From: a virus
Lineage: Duplodnaviria > Caudoviricetes
Reading direction: 5' to 3' (one strand)
Virus record (IMG/VR): IMGVR_UViG_3300027733_000056
Coordinates: 698 to 64,697 of that record
Length of the DNA: 64,000 bases
The notes under the pieces were generated by a model. The model saw only the letters and a program-made list of their open reading frames with translations, was not told where the DNA came from and ran no database searches. Below, piece by piece: positions 9,930 to 18,540 of the stretch (position 1 is its first letter; each line of letters starts with the position of its first letter). A program made the translations under genes and the position numbers.

Positions 9930-10901
9930 TCACCTCAGGAAACCCCCACTCAAAATCCACCCAGCATCTTTAGACTTTCCAGTAAGCAGCGCATCTGCAT
10001 ACCTTGCGACCATTTGCGGGCGCATATTGGTGCGTTTGATTGTGGCTTTTGCTTCGCCTGCAAACTTTTGAATCATGCTAATTTGCACCGGACTAGCTTT
10101 GCCATACATTGGCATTAGGCGTTCTGCTAGACACCAGCGCAGGGCGTTTACATAGCCTTGAGGGATGCGGATAATGTCATACATGGTTGTAAAACGGGCA
10201 AAAATAGTGTCCGTAAACAAGTGCATTTCACCTTGGGATGGATTAGGCCAAACGCTAAGATTGCCCAAAGTATCGCCAGGGTTGTAGTACAAGGCTTTAG
10301 GCCACGGGCCGTTAAGCGTCTTTAGACCGATCAAAGAATAGTCGTCTAAGGTTAGCACCGATATGGGATAGTCTAGGCCACCGCCGTAAATTGGCTGTCC
10401 ATTGGACGTAGTGTTAATCCTTACAAAAGATGAATTTACCCGTAATGGCTTTTGATAGTAGGCCGTAATTGTTGTGCTTGCTACCGATTGGGAAATGTTT
10501 ATTTGATACGTCCCAGCCTCTAAATTGTTGCCACCAGCCCCGCTAATGAACGACACAATGGACGTTCCTGGCGTAATTCCTGTGCCGGTTAGGGTTTGGT
10601 TTAAAGTAACAGCGCCGCTAGTAATGGCGGTTACTGTTAAAACATTGCCCGCAATTGAGCCTGTAAAACTTGCGCCTATTGACCCGCCTGGGCCTATTGT
10701 GTATTGGGTTTGTCCGCTAACTATGGGAAAAATGATTTCCGTAAAGTTGTAGACCATCATGTCTTCGTTAGACCACTGATCTAACATATCGTTAAGCATG
10801 TCAAACGCATCTTGCGCCGCTTCGGGCGTTGGCGTTTCACCGGCCTCTAATGCGCCGATGTCCTTTAACGATCTAGAAACTATGTCGATTGGCTGTGCCA
10901 T
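9930..10901 (-). CDS. Head-tail adaptor (P22 gp4-like)
   Basis: SLKDIGAL..GETP..E.AQDA...LNDMLDQW N-terminus; P.GY..AL...LAERL.P.YG C-terminus. Confidence 0.8.
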   Translation of the reverse strand: MAQPIDIVSRSLKDIGALEAGETPTPEAAQDAFDMLNDMLDQWSNEDMMVYNFTEIIFPIVSGQTQYTIGPGGSIGASFTGSIAGNVLTVTAITSGAVTLNQTLTGTGITPGTSIVSFISGAGGNNLEAGTYQINISQSVASTTITAYYQKPLRVNSSFVRINTTSNGQPIYGGGLDYPISVLTLDDYSLIGLKTLNGPWPKALYYNPGDTLGNLSVWPNPSQGEMHLFTDTIFARFTTMYDIIRIPQGYVNALRWCLAERLMPMYGKASPVQISMIQKFAGEAKATIKRTNMRPQMVARYADALLTGKSKDAGWILSGGFLR

Positions 10902-11215
10902 TGTTGCTCCAAGGTAAACACAGGCGGTTTCCAGGGAGGCACAACAGATTTCGTCTTACCAAGAAGCGCCAATTGTTCCTCTAACCGTGATTCTATTACA
11001 TTTTGCCCGTATTGGGTTGCACCTTCCTTTATCCAAGAAATCACCTGATTCTCTGTAACTTGGGCGTATGGGGTCTTTACGCTAAACTTGTCAAATTCCC
11101 AATTTCCTTCGGTTTCAACTATGTTTTTGTCATCAGTAGCTAAAACGTGGTACTTGGCGTGCGTTATTGCCTCGCCATCCACGGAAATATCAAGAATCTT
11201 CCAAGTTGTAATCAT
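10880..11215 (-). CDS. Tail-fibre-associated small protein
   Basis: PY..VTE.QVI.WI and PPW motifs; downstream of fibre gene. Confidence 0.65.
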   Translation of the reverse strand: MITTWKILDISVDGEAITHAKYHVLATDDKNIVETEGNWEFDKFSVKTPYAQVTENQVISWIKEGATQYGQNVIESRLEEQLALLGKTKSVVPPWKPPVFTLEQQWHSQST

Positions 11216-11358
11216 TCCGGCTCTTTAACTTCGGCTTGTTGTTTAGCCTCTTTTTGCAAAGCCTCTACCAATTGGAAAACTTCTTGGTACGGCTTTGTGC
11301 CAAGGTAAGCCAACACGGCGTTAATCAAGTTTACGGATAGGTTTAGCTTGTCGTTCAT
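11212..11358 (-). CDS. 48-aa protein (MNDKLNLSVNLINAVLAYLGTKPYQEV...), possible fibre chaperone; not in ORF track
   Basis: Manual translation; ATGA overlaps with both neighbours. Confidence 0.75.
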   Translation of the reverse strand: MNDKLNLSVNLINAVLAYLGTKPYQEVFQLVEALQKEAKQQAEVKEPE

Positions 11359-13058
11359 TTTGCTTCCAGTGCCGTGATACGGGCGGTTAGGGATGTGATA
11401 AGTGCTTGCTGTTCTTGCATTGCTGCAACCAAATGCGGAATTAAAAAAGATGAATCAACAGCTTGATATACAGGTTTTCCATCAGCATCAATGGCATCTT
11501 TTTCCCCAGTTACTGCATGGGGAACAATGGCTTGTAATTCATGGGCAATGAATCCTTCAGAATATTGATTTCCTTCAATGTATTCAAAAGAACAAGGCTT
11601 TAATTGAGAAATTAACGACAATGTGCTTGTCATTGGTTGCACATTTTGTTTTAGCCGGTAATCAGATGTAACGTTAAATGAGGTTACAGAACCACTAGAA
11701 GTAATACTGCCAGCCGATACATAGGTTGTACCGTTGTCTGTGTAGCATTGAATATGGCTTCCAGATGTTCCGCTTACTCCGAGCGCCATATTGTTTGCAC
11801 TACGAGAAGTGATAAAACCTACGCCTCCTGTTGCAATGCCATTTACACGACTAGCAATTGGGTTTGTAACAGTACACCCCACCAGCAAGTTACCGCTGGA
11901 GTCGATACGCATACGTTCTGTGGCATTAGTCCCAAAAACTAACGGCATATTTTCATATTGATACAAGTATCCAGTAGTTGTATCTTGAATTAACTGCAAA
12001 CCATCCGTGTTTGCTACGCCAGTTGTTGAATTCTGTAACGCTAAATATGAATTGCTTGCACCGTAAACAACCAAAGGTCTTGATGGGGTAGTAGTCCCTA
12101 TCCCTACGTTACCGCTGGAGTCGATACGCATACGCTCGGTATAACCACCAGTTTTAAACGTTAAAAATCCTGATGCTAAATTGTTAACAATATCGTAACT
12201 ATTTGCCGCGCCTGCGTATCCTACATAGCCAACTTGACCGCTTGTATCATAAAAACTAATATAGTTATACCCTGTAGTTGTAACATCACCTGTTGACTCA
12301 CTGCGTATACTTCCTAGTGCAAGACTACCTTTTATATGCAGTTTTGTAGCTGGAGAACTCGTCCCTATCCCTACGTTACCTGCGTTGTCAATTCTTACTT
12401 TTTCCGTTGGGATGTTTGTTACACCTCCCCCGTTAACACCTGTCTTAAAAGTCAGACTTCCACCAGATGAGCCGCTGTCTATCCAACCAATTGCAGCAAG
12501 TCCTGAAGTAGTATTGTTTGTGTAATACGAATTTCTAAAAAGAAGTGTTTGCTCATTAGCAGTTTGAGCGCCAACAACAATTATCTGTGCGCCATCTGCT
12601 GCTGTGTTTATTTGAAGTTTTGCTTGTGGAGATGTTTGTCCTATACCTACGTTCTGGCTTGCGTCTATATAGACAGCGTTTGTTCCTGCCGTAGAGATGC
12701 CTACAGAGTTGGTAGCAGGCAAGTACATCCCGTTACCCGTAACAGATGTGCCGGTGGGGATTAGCTTTGTTGCCGTTGCCGTGCCGGTGGTGGCAAAGTT
12801 AGTCCCGTCAAAGGTCAAGCCCGCAGATTGGCTAAACGACCCGTAATGTATTTGGTTAGCCGTAAAAGACGTTAAACCCGTACCGCCGCCACCTATGCCT
12901 AAAGTAGCAAAAGAAAGCGTGCCGCTGCCGTTAGTCTGCAAAGCCTGGCCGCTAGTGCCGTCCGCGCTTGGCAATGTTAAATTTACCGTTGCTGCGGTGT
13001 TTGGGCCAAGCAAATTAACCGACCCGCCTAATGTTGCTTGAAAAGTTAAAGTTCCCAT
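11355..13058 (-). CDS. Tail fibre with C-terminal intramolecular chaperone (peptidase S74)
   Basis: SDYRLK..V cleavage motif, GFIAHELQ..VP.AV.G and coiled-coil end; repeated ERMRIDSSGNVGIG. Confidence 0.9.
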   Translation of the reverse strand: MGTLTFQATLGGSVNLLGPNTAATVNLTLPSADGTSGQALQTNGSGTLSFATLGIGGGGTGLTSFTANQIHYGSFSQSAGLTFDGTNFATTGTATATKLIPTGTSVTGNGMYLPATNSVGISTAGTNAVYIDASQNVGIGQTSPQAKLQINTAADGAQIIVVGAQTANEQTLLFRNSYYTNNTTSGLAAIGWIDSGSSGGSLTFKTGVNGGGVTNIPTEKVRIDNAGNVGIGTSSPATKLHIKGSLALGSIRSESTGDVTTTGYNYISFYDTSGQVGYVGYAGAANSYDIVNNLASGFLTFKTGGYTERMRIDSSGNVGIGTTTPSRPLVVYGASNSYLALQNSTTGVANTDGLQLIQDTTTGYLYQYENMPLVFGTNATERMRIDSSGNLLVGCTVTNPIASRVNGIATGGVGFITSRSANNMALGVSGTSGSHIQCYTDNGTTYVSAGSITSSGSVTSFNVTSDYRLKQNVQPMTSTLSLISQLKPCSFEYIEGNQYSEGFIAHELQAIVPHAVTGEKDAIDADGKPVYQAVDSSFLIPHLVAAMQEQQALITSLTARITALEAK

Positions 13059-13067
13059 GATGCTTCC

Positions 13068-15101
13068 TTATGGTGCAATTATAAGTTGCGAGGCCCGTAA
13101 TGCGCCTGTAGATGGCGTAAAACTAAGTTTAGTTGACGTTGTTTTTACAGGAAGATTTCCAGTATTTGCAGTTACCCAAGTGGGATAAACAGCCGTTGCG
13201 GTTGTTGTGTCTTCCGTAATTCCAACGTTTACTGCATTAACGTTTGTAAGGCTTGCGCCCGAGCCGCTAAACACGGTTGCCGACAATGTGCCCGTAGAAG
13301 GTACATATTGGTATTTAGTAGAACTGGTGTACTCGGTAGATAACGTTCCGCTTGTGACCGCCGCAAAAAGTGGGTATCGCGTGGATGCGGTAGTTGTATC
13401 GTCCGTGACCGTGATTGCCGCCGTAGGGGTTGTCCAACTAGGAGCGCCCGAAGCGTTAGACGTTAAGACTTGCCCAGAAGTGCCCGCCGCAGTAAACGCA
13501 TAATCTGTACCCGTGCCATACGCCACCGTGCCCGCAGTTGGAGTCGCTGTGCCATTTGTGCCCCCGTTTGCAATTGGTAGCGTTCCCGTCACGCCAGTGG
13601 TTAAAGGCAAACCCGTAGCACTAGTTAATACAAGGGCTGTTGGAGTGCCCAAAGCAGGCGTTACCAATGTGGGGCTGGTAGACAATACAACCGAGCCTGT
13701 TCCCGTGCTACTTGTTACCCCCGTTCCACCCGATGCCACGGGCAAAGTGCCGGTGGTCAATGCCGAAGTTGACGTAGCGTAAACCGCGCCGCCCGATGTA
13801 AATGTGGTTAACCCCGTGCCGCCGTTGCTTGTATTAAGCGTGCCCGCTAAAGTAACCACGCCATTAGTAGCTGAACTAGGGGTAAACCCTGTAGTGCCTG
13901 CGCTAAAACTTGTTACCGCAATGCTTGAAGTGGATGCCCACGAAGGTAAACCAACCGATACCGTAAGCACTTGGCCCGTTGAGCCGATGCCCAACATGGC
14001 AGTCGTAGCCGATGCGGATTGATAAGGAAGTGACCCCGCTACGCCGCCAGCAAGGTTTGTTGATGTTACTGCGGTAGTTGCCGAACCCGCCGTTGTAGCT
14101 GAAGTCGCGGTAGCCGCATTTCCACCAATAGACAAACCGCTTGCCGTGCCCGTTAAACCCGTGCCAGGGCCGCTAAACTGAGTCGATGCGGTGATAGTGC
14201 TACCACCAACCGTAGAGCCGCTAATCGGCGTTCCTGTGATTGTGCCGCCCGTGATTGCTACGCTGTTTGCGTTCTGGGTGGACATTGTGCCCAAGCCCGT
14301 GACTTGCGTATTTGCAATTGCAATGTTTGTATCTGCCAATGACGTTAACTGGCCTTGCGCGTTTACCGTTGCCGTAAGTGTTTTTGAAGCAGAACCATAA
14401 GAAGCCGCTGTAACTCCAGTATTGGTAATGGAAAAAGTGTTTCCAGTAAGGGTTAACCCTGTTCCTGCGGTGTATGAACCAGCAGCATTAAATTGCGTCC
14501 ATGTTATTGCGGTAATGTCAATCGTGCCAATTTTTGTGGAAGTGCAAACCCATCCGGTTGTGGCCTGCGTCCCATAAAGGACAAGGGTATAAGCGCCTTG
14601 AACTTCTGCCCATGTATCCATTTGCGGGGAACGTGTCCACGCCGTTGCGGATACAACATAAATTCCATTTTCAGCGGCAGCAGTTTGATTTTTTACTAAA
14701 ACATAGTCGCCAGCAATAACGGAAACCGTATCAATTGTTTGAAGCCCCGACAACGTGATATTTACGGTTGTACCCGCTTGGCAAGCGCTTTTGGGGTTTA
14801 ACCCTTGAACAATTGCATCAGCGTATGCTTTATTGACAATATCGTTTGCGCTTGATGGGGCGGTTGAAATTGTGCCCGTTGTGGTCGCAATGTTTGTAAA
14901 AACACCCGTGGACGGGGTTGTAGCGCCGATTGTCGTGCTGTCAATCGTGCTGCTTGTTATGTGCAGACCCGACTGATTTGGGTTAATTGTTGCCGTAAAT
15001 GGCTGACCCTGCCCGATAAACGTCTGGAACGTATTGTCCAAATTAAACAATGCCTGTACAGGCAGGATGTTTTGGTCTATCGTTTTGGCAGGGTCAGTCA
15101 T
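13068..15101 (-). CDS. Thr/Gly/Ser-rich tail fibre / virion protein
   Basis: NK.Y.D, VLVKNQT..AENGIYV and GTLP.A.GGTG repeats. Confidence 0.8.
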   Translation of the reverse strand: MTDPAKTIDQNILPVQALFNLDNTFQTFIGQGQPFTATINPNQSGLHITSSTIDSTTIGATTPSTGVFTNIATTTGTISTAPSSANDIVNKAYADAIVQGLNPKSACQAGTTVNITLSGLQTIDTVSVIAGDYVLVKNQTAAAENGIYVVSATAWTRSPQMDTWAEVQGAYTLVLYGTQATTGWVCTSTKIGTIDITAITWTQFNAAGSYTAGTGLTLTGNTFSITNTGVTAASYGSASKTLTATVNAQGQLTSLADTNIAIANTQVTGLGTMSTQNANSVAITGGTITGTPISGSTVGGSTITASTQFSGPGTGLTGTASGLSIGGNAATATSATTAGSATTAVTSTNLAGGVAGSLPYQSASATTAMLGIGSTGQVLTVSVGLPSWASTSSIAVTSFSAGTTGFTPSSATNGVVTLAGTLNTSNGGTGLTTFTSGGAVYATSTSALTTGTLPVASGGTGVTSSTGTGSVVLSTSPTLVTPALGTPTALVLTSATGLPLTTGVTGTLPIANGGTNGTATPTAGTVAYGTGTDYAFTAAGTSGQVLTSNASGAPSWTTPTAAITVTDDTTTASTRYPLFAAVTSGTLSTEYTSSTKYQYVPSTGTLSATVFSGSGASLTNVNAVNVGITEDTTTATAVYPTWVTANTGNLPVKTTSTKLSFTPSTGALRASQLIIAP

Positions 15102-15102
15102 A

Positions 15103-15447
15103 TTAGCTTTGATCGCCTACAGGGGTTACATAAACCAATGAAGGGCCAGCCGCTGCACCAATCATGCGAACATAAAAGGGAATAGTTGGGCAAGCCAAAA
15201 CAATGGGAACAGTCATTGCCGCTGGAAGCAAAAAGTCACCAGGTGTACCAGACACCGGCAACACAGCAGCACCTACGTTAGCATCCCCCATTTTGACCGC
15301 AACGGCGACAGCGCCGGTGTTTAAAAACGCCGCAAAGTTTACTTGGTCGTTCGTTTGGTCTTCAACAATGGTAGCCGTAGTAGATGATGCTGTCACAGAA
15401 ATAGCGATTGTTTTACCCGCTAGTCGTAGGACAGTCGTGTTTGCCAT
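15103..15447 (-). CDS. Virion structural protein
   Basis: Beta-rich, downstream of capsid cluster; start moved to MANTTV. Confidence 0.65.
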   Translation of the reverse strand: MANTTVLRLAGKTIAISVTASSTTATIVEDQTNDQVNFAAFLNTGAVAVAVKMGDANVGAAVLPVSGTPGDFLLPAAMTVPIVLACPTIPFYVRMIGAAAGPSLVYVTPVGDQS

Positions 15448-15448
15448 A

Positions 15449-15775
15449 TTAAACAGCCGTAACGGGCAATGGGCCTTCAGCACGAACGATTTGAATGGTA
15501 TATGCGCCTTGTGCTGGTGTAGCACTTGCCGCAGTTGCATTCAAAAATTGTAAAGACAACACATTAGCCGTGTAGCAATCAGCTTCGCCTGGAATAATAC
15601 CAGCAGTTTGTACTGCAACCGCACCAAAAACTTTAATAAAATCGGTGGTTTGAAGTCCAGGAACGGTAAACGTCTGCACCGCGCTAGTGTAAGAAGCAAC
15701 AGCGGCAGGCGCAAGAACAGGGGCTATGTAAAAAGTTTCGTGGGAGTTTCCACGGGTAACAGTCGTAGATGACAT
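15449..15775 (-). CDS. Virion structural protein
   Basis: RBS present; synteny. Confidence 0.65.
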   Translation of the reverse strand: MSSTTVTRGNSHETFYIAPVLAPAAVASYTSAVQTFTVPGLQTTDFIKVFGAVAVQTAGIIPGEADCYTANVLSLQFLNATAASATPAQGAYTIQIVRAEGPLPVTAV

Positions 15776-15811
15776 GGTGAATTCCTTTTAGAAGGTGTTT
15801 AAATTGTAACG

Positions 15812-15845
15812 AAAAAAGGCCACCCCTTTTCAGAGATGGCCTCTT
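15812..15845 (-). terminator. Rho-independent terminator after the capsid/decoration genes
   Basis: Minus strand AGGCCATCTCT-GAAA-AGGGGTGGCCT followed by a T-run. Confidence 0.8.
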
Positions 15846-15859
15846 TCGCTTACATCAGT

Positions 15860-16303
15860 TTAGAACGGTACGCTAAAGTCGTAGCCGTAAACATATACGT
15901 CAAACGTAGCGCCAGTGACGACAGTTGTCAGTCCAGCGGTTACGTTCAAGTACAGGTTTTGCACGGTGTTAGCGGTAGTTGATGCAGTAGGAGCAACCAG
16001 CGACACGCCTTGAGGGGTACTCAAGTTAGCGGCAGTGATTGCGCCGTACAGACTAGAACCACCCGAAGTAGCAGCAATGCCCATTGCCAATCCGGTAGGA
16101 GTGACAGAAGCACCTGCGTTATTCAGATTGGTAACAATCAGACTTTGCAACAAATACACAGCGGAGTTAACCACTTGGATAGCATAATTGCCGGTAGTGT
16201 TTGCATTCACGTTTTTAATCGTGCCTACAAGACGCAAGGTTGTGCCGGTAGTAGCGCCTTGGGGATGAGCAGAAATGGTTACTGCTGGGCCTGGATTTGC
16301 CAT
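15860..16303 (-). CDS. Capsid decoration-like protein
   Basis: Directly after major capsid gene; beta-rich with FDVYVYGYD end. Confidence 0.6.
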   Translation of the reverse strand: MANPGPAVTISAHPQGATTGTTLRLVGTIKNVNANTTGNYAIQVVNSAVYLLQSLIVTNLNNAGASVTPTGLAMGIAATSGGSSLYGAITAANLSTPQGVSLVAPTASTTANTVQNLYLNVTAGLTTVVTGATFDVYVYGYDFSVPF

Positions 16304-16321
16304 GATAAGTTCCTTTATTGA

Positions 16322-17554
16322 TTAAGCTGCAATACGGCAAGCCAACTCAGGGTAGAGTGGAGCCCAACCATACAAGACATCAAGACGGGTAGGAATCGAG
16401 TCGTTATTAATGGTGTACTGACGCACAACACGCATAGACAAACCAATTTCCTTATCGCTTGCACGACCAGCAAAGTGCACACCATCCGGCAATTCCAAAT
16501 CAGCGACTGCAAGCGTAAACGCATTGCGGTGCATCATCATATTTTGCGGAGAAGACACGCCGGTGTTGTTAAACGCCGTAATGTTTTGTGAACCGCTAGA
16601 AGTGATAACAACGTTCTGGAATTGACCAGCAGTAATAATTGCTGGAGAAATTTGAACGCTAGTAGCGCCAGTGCCGACAGAAGTGGTGGACAGAACTACG
16701 AAGTTACGCAGCTTGCCATACGACTGACGATTCTGTGGGTTAGCACCAAACACACCAGGAATAGTGAACACATCACCAGCATTCAAAGTAGAAGCCGAAG
16801 AAGCTGCCATCGACACGGTGCTGCTATATGCCCAGCCGGAAGTGAGGAAGCCGGTTGCCGTAGTTACGTTGATCGCAATAGTATTAGCGCTCCACGAACC
16901 AAAGGTTTGGCTTACCACGTTCTGGTCAAGTTTCCAGTTAACGCCAGCGGAATCACGACCCATCAAGCCCTTGCGATACTGTTCGCCGATAGCTTCTTGG
17001 GGCACAAATAGACCCTTGAGGCTGTCAACAATAGTTGCAGAGGTAAACGGCTCAATAATGCAAGAACGGCGACCATCGCGCGGAGCGCCTTCGCTGTCCA
17101 TGTAAGCACCAGCAGTCAGATAAGTAATCAGACCAGTGGGAGGCGTACCAGCAGTACCGACGATATTGGCGGTATTGAGGTTAGCCATAACCATACCATC
17201 GCGGTCAATCTTATTAGCGATTGCAGCGACAGCGGGCTTTAGAACACGGTCAGAGAACATATCCAAAGACAGAGCCAAGTCCTGAGTGGTGAACTGGGTA
17301 TCAACGTGAAACTGCGTGGACAGGGTAACTGGCACACTAGTTTCGTTAAAATCTTCAACATTCAGCGCAGGGCCGGTAGTACCAATAAAACGACCAGGCT
17401 TACGGACGTTAACGGTGTTACCAATCTTTGCACCAACTACGGCGAACTGATCGTCATAGTTACGGTCTACTTCCGAAGTGAAAGTAAGCTCATTCTCCAA
17501 GACCATCAGCGCTTCGTTGGTGATCTTGGAAATAGTTAGCAAATTATTTGCCAT
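16322..17554 (-). CDS. Major capsid protein, P22 coat (gp5) family
   Basis: ITNEAL.VLEN.L, KIG.TVNVR.P and RLDVLYG motifs. Confidence 0.92.
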   Translation of the reverse strand: MANNLLTISKITNEALMVLENELTFTSEVDRNYDDQFAVVGAKIGNTVNVRKPGRFIGTTGPALNVEDFNETSVPVTLSTQFHVDTQFTTQDLALSLDMFSDRVLKPAVAAIANKIDRDGMVMANLNTANIVGTAGTPPTGLITYLTAGAYMDSEGAPRDGRRSCIIEPFTSATIVDSLKGLFVPQEAIGEQYRKGLMGRDSAGVNWKLDQNVVSQTFGSWSANTIAINVTTATGFLTSGWAYSSTVSMAASSASTLNAGDVFTIPGVFGANPQNRQSYGKLRNFVVLSTTSVGTGATSVQISPAIITAGQFQNVVITSSGSQNITAFNNTGVSSPQNMMMHRNAFTLAVADLELPDGVHFAGRASDKEIGLSMRVVRQYTINNDSIPTRLDVLYGWAPLYPELACRIAA

Positions 17555-17576
17555 GATTTTTCCTTAAATATAAAAA

Positions 17577-18473
17577 CTATCGAATTCGACCAGCCTTACG
17601 CGCCGCTTTCCACGCTTGGTAACTTCCGTGAAATTGACCGTCTGAGCCAATCTCTACGTTGTTTGCGCTTCCAGCATTCCGAATAGGGCTAATCGGTGGT
17701 GGTGCTTTACTTTTGCCAACAGGATTACTCGGCCTAGTCTCAGGTTGCTTCTCAAACTTGGCCTCCAGTTTCCCAATCTCGCGTAGCGCAGCGTTTGGCG
17801 ACATTGAAGCAATCTTTCTTGCAAGATCGTCTTCTTTGGCTAAGTGATAAAGGATTTGTGGGCCTACGTCACTTTCCAAAATGGCATCCCGAATAGGGTC
17901 GCTTACCGCAACACCACTTGAGGCCACCATGTCATCGAAATCGGGTATCTCTGCCTTCGCTGTTGCCACTTTCTGCGCCCAACTAGAAATTACTTTCTGT
18001 TGCGCTTCGTCTGCCCTGCGCTGCAAATCTTCCCTATCCCGCCTTACCAATGCTTGCTCAGCCGACCAATCTGCTAATGCCTCTGCGTATTCAAAAGCAT
18101 CGACAAATTGACTTGGCTGTGGCTTTTCGTCAGCAGATTTAACCTGTTGGGGTTGTTGCTGCTGCCTAATCGCCGCTATCTCGGTTTCCAGCTTTTGCCT
18201 TGCCTCACGTTCCTGCGCCGCTTCTTGGCGGGCCTGTTCGCGTTGCTTAGTTATCTCTGAAAACCGCTTTTCAAGTTTCGGATTCTGTTTCCGTTCCTCT
18301 GTCGGTTTAGCGTCCTTGTTTTCGCTTGGTTCACTCTGATCTGCTTCCTCAACCGGCTCTGATGTTTCAGCCTCGGGAGTCTGGCTATTGTCAGCTAATC
18401 CAAGTTTATTCGAATAAAATTCCGCTGCATTCTCGCTAGTCAGTACCTGACCGGCTTCTTTTTCACTTGACAT
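17577..18473 (-). CDS. Scaffolding protein
   Basis: Acidic coiled-coil between portal and coat; SKAPPPISP and basic C-terminus. Confidence 0.85.
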   Translation of the reverse strand: MSSEKEAGQVLTSENAAEFYSNKLGLADNSQTPEAETSEPVEEADQSEPSENKDAKPTEERKQNPKLEKRFSEITKQREQARQEAAQEREARQKLETEIAAIRQQQQPQQVKSADEKPQPSQFVDAFEYAEALADWSAEQALVRRDREDLQRRADEAQQKVISSWAQKVATAKAEIPDFDDMVASSGVAVSDPIRDAILESDVGPQILYHLAKEDDLARKIASMSPNAALREIGKLEAKFEKQPETRPSNPVGKSKAPPPISPIRNAGSANNVEIGSDGQFHGSYQAWKAARKAGRIR

Positions 18474-18540
18474 GAGTTTCCTCAAGATTTTTGCCCAGTT
18501 GAAACCCAACTGGTAAGGTTGTGTGGTTTATACCACAAAT

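Noticed and set aside
11355-13058. Diversity-generating retroelement targeting the tail fibre
   Set aside because: No reverse transcriptase and no TR/VR pair with adenine-specific differences seen.
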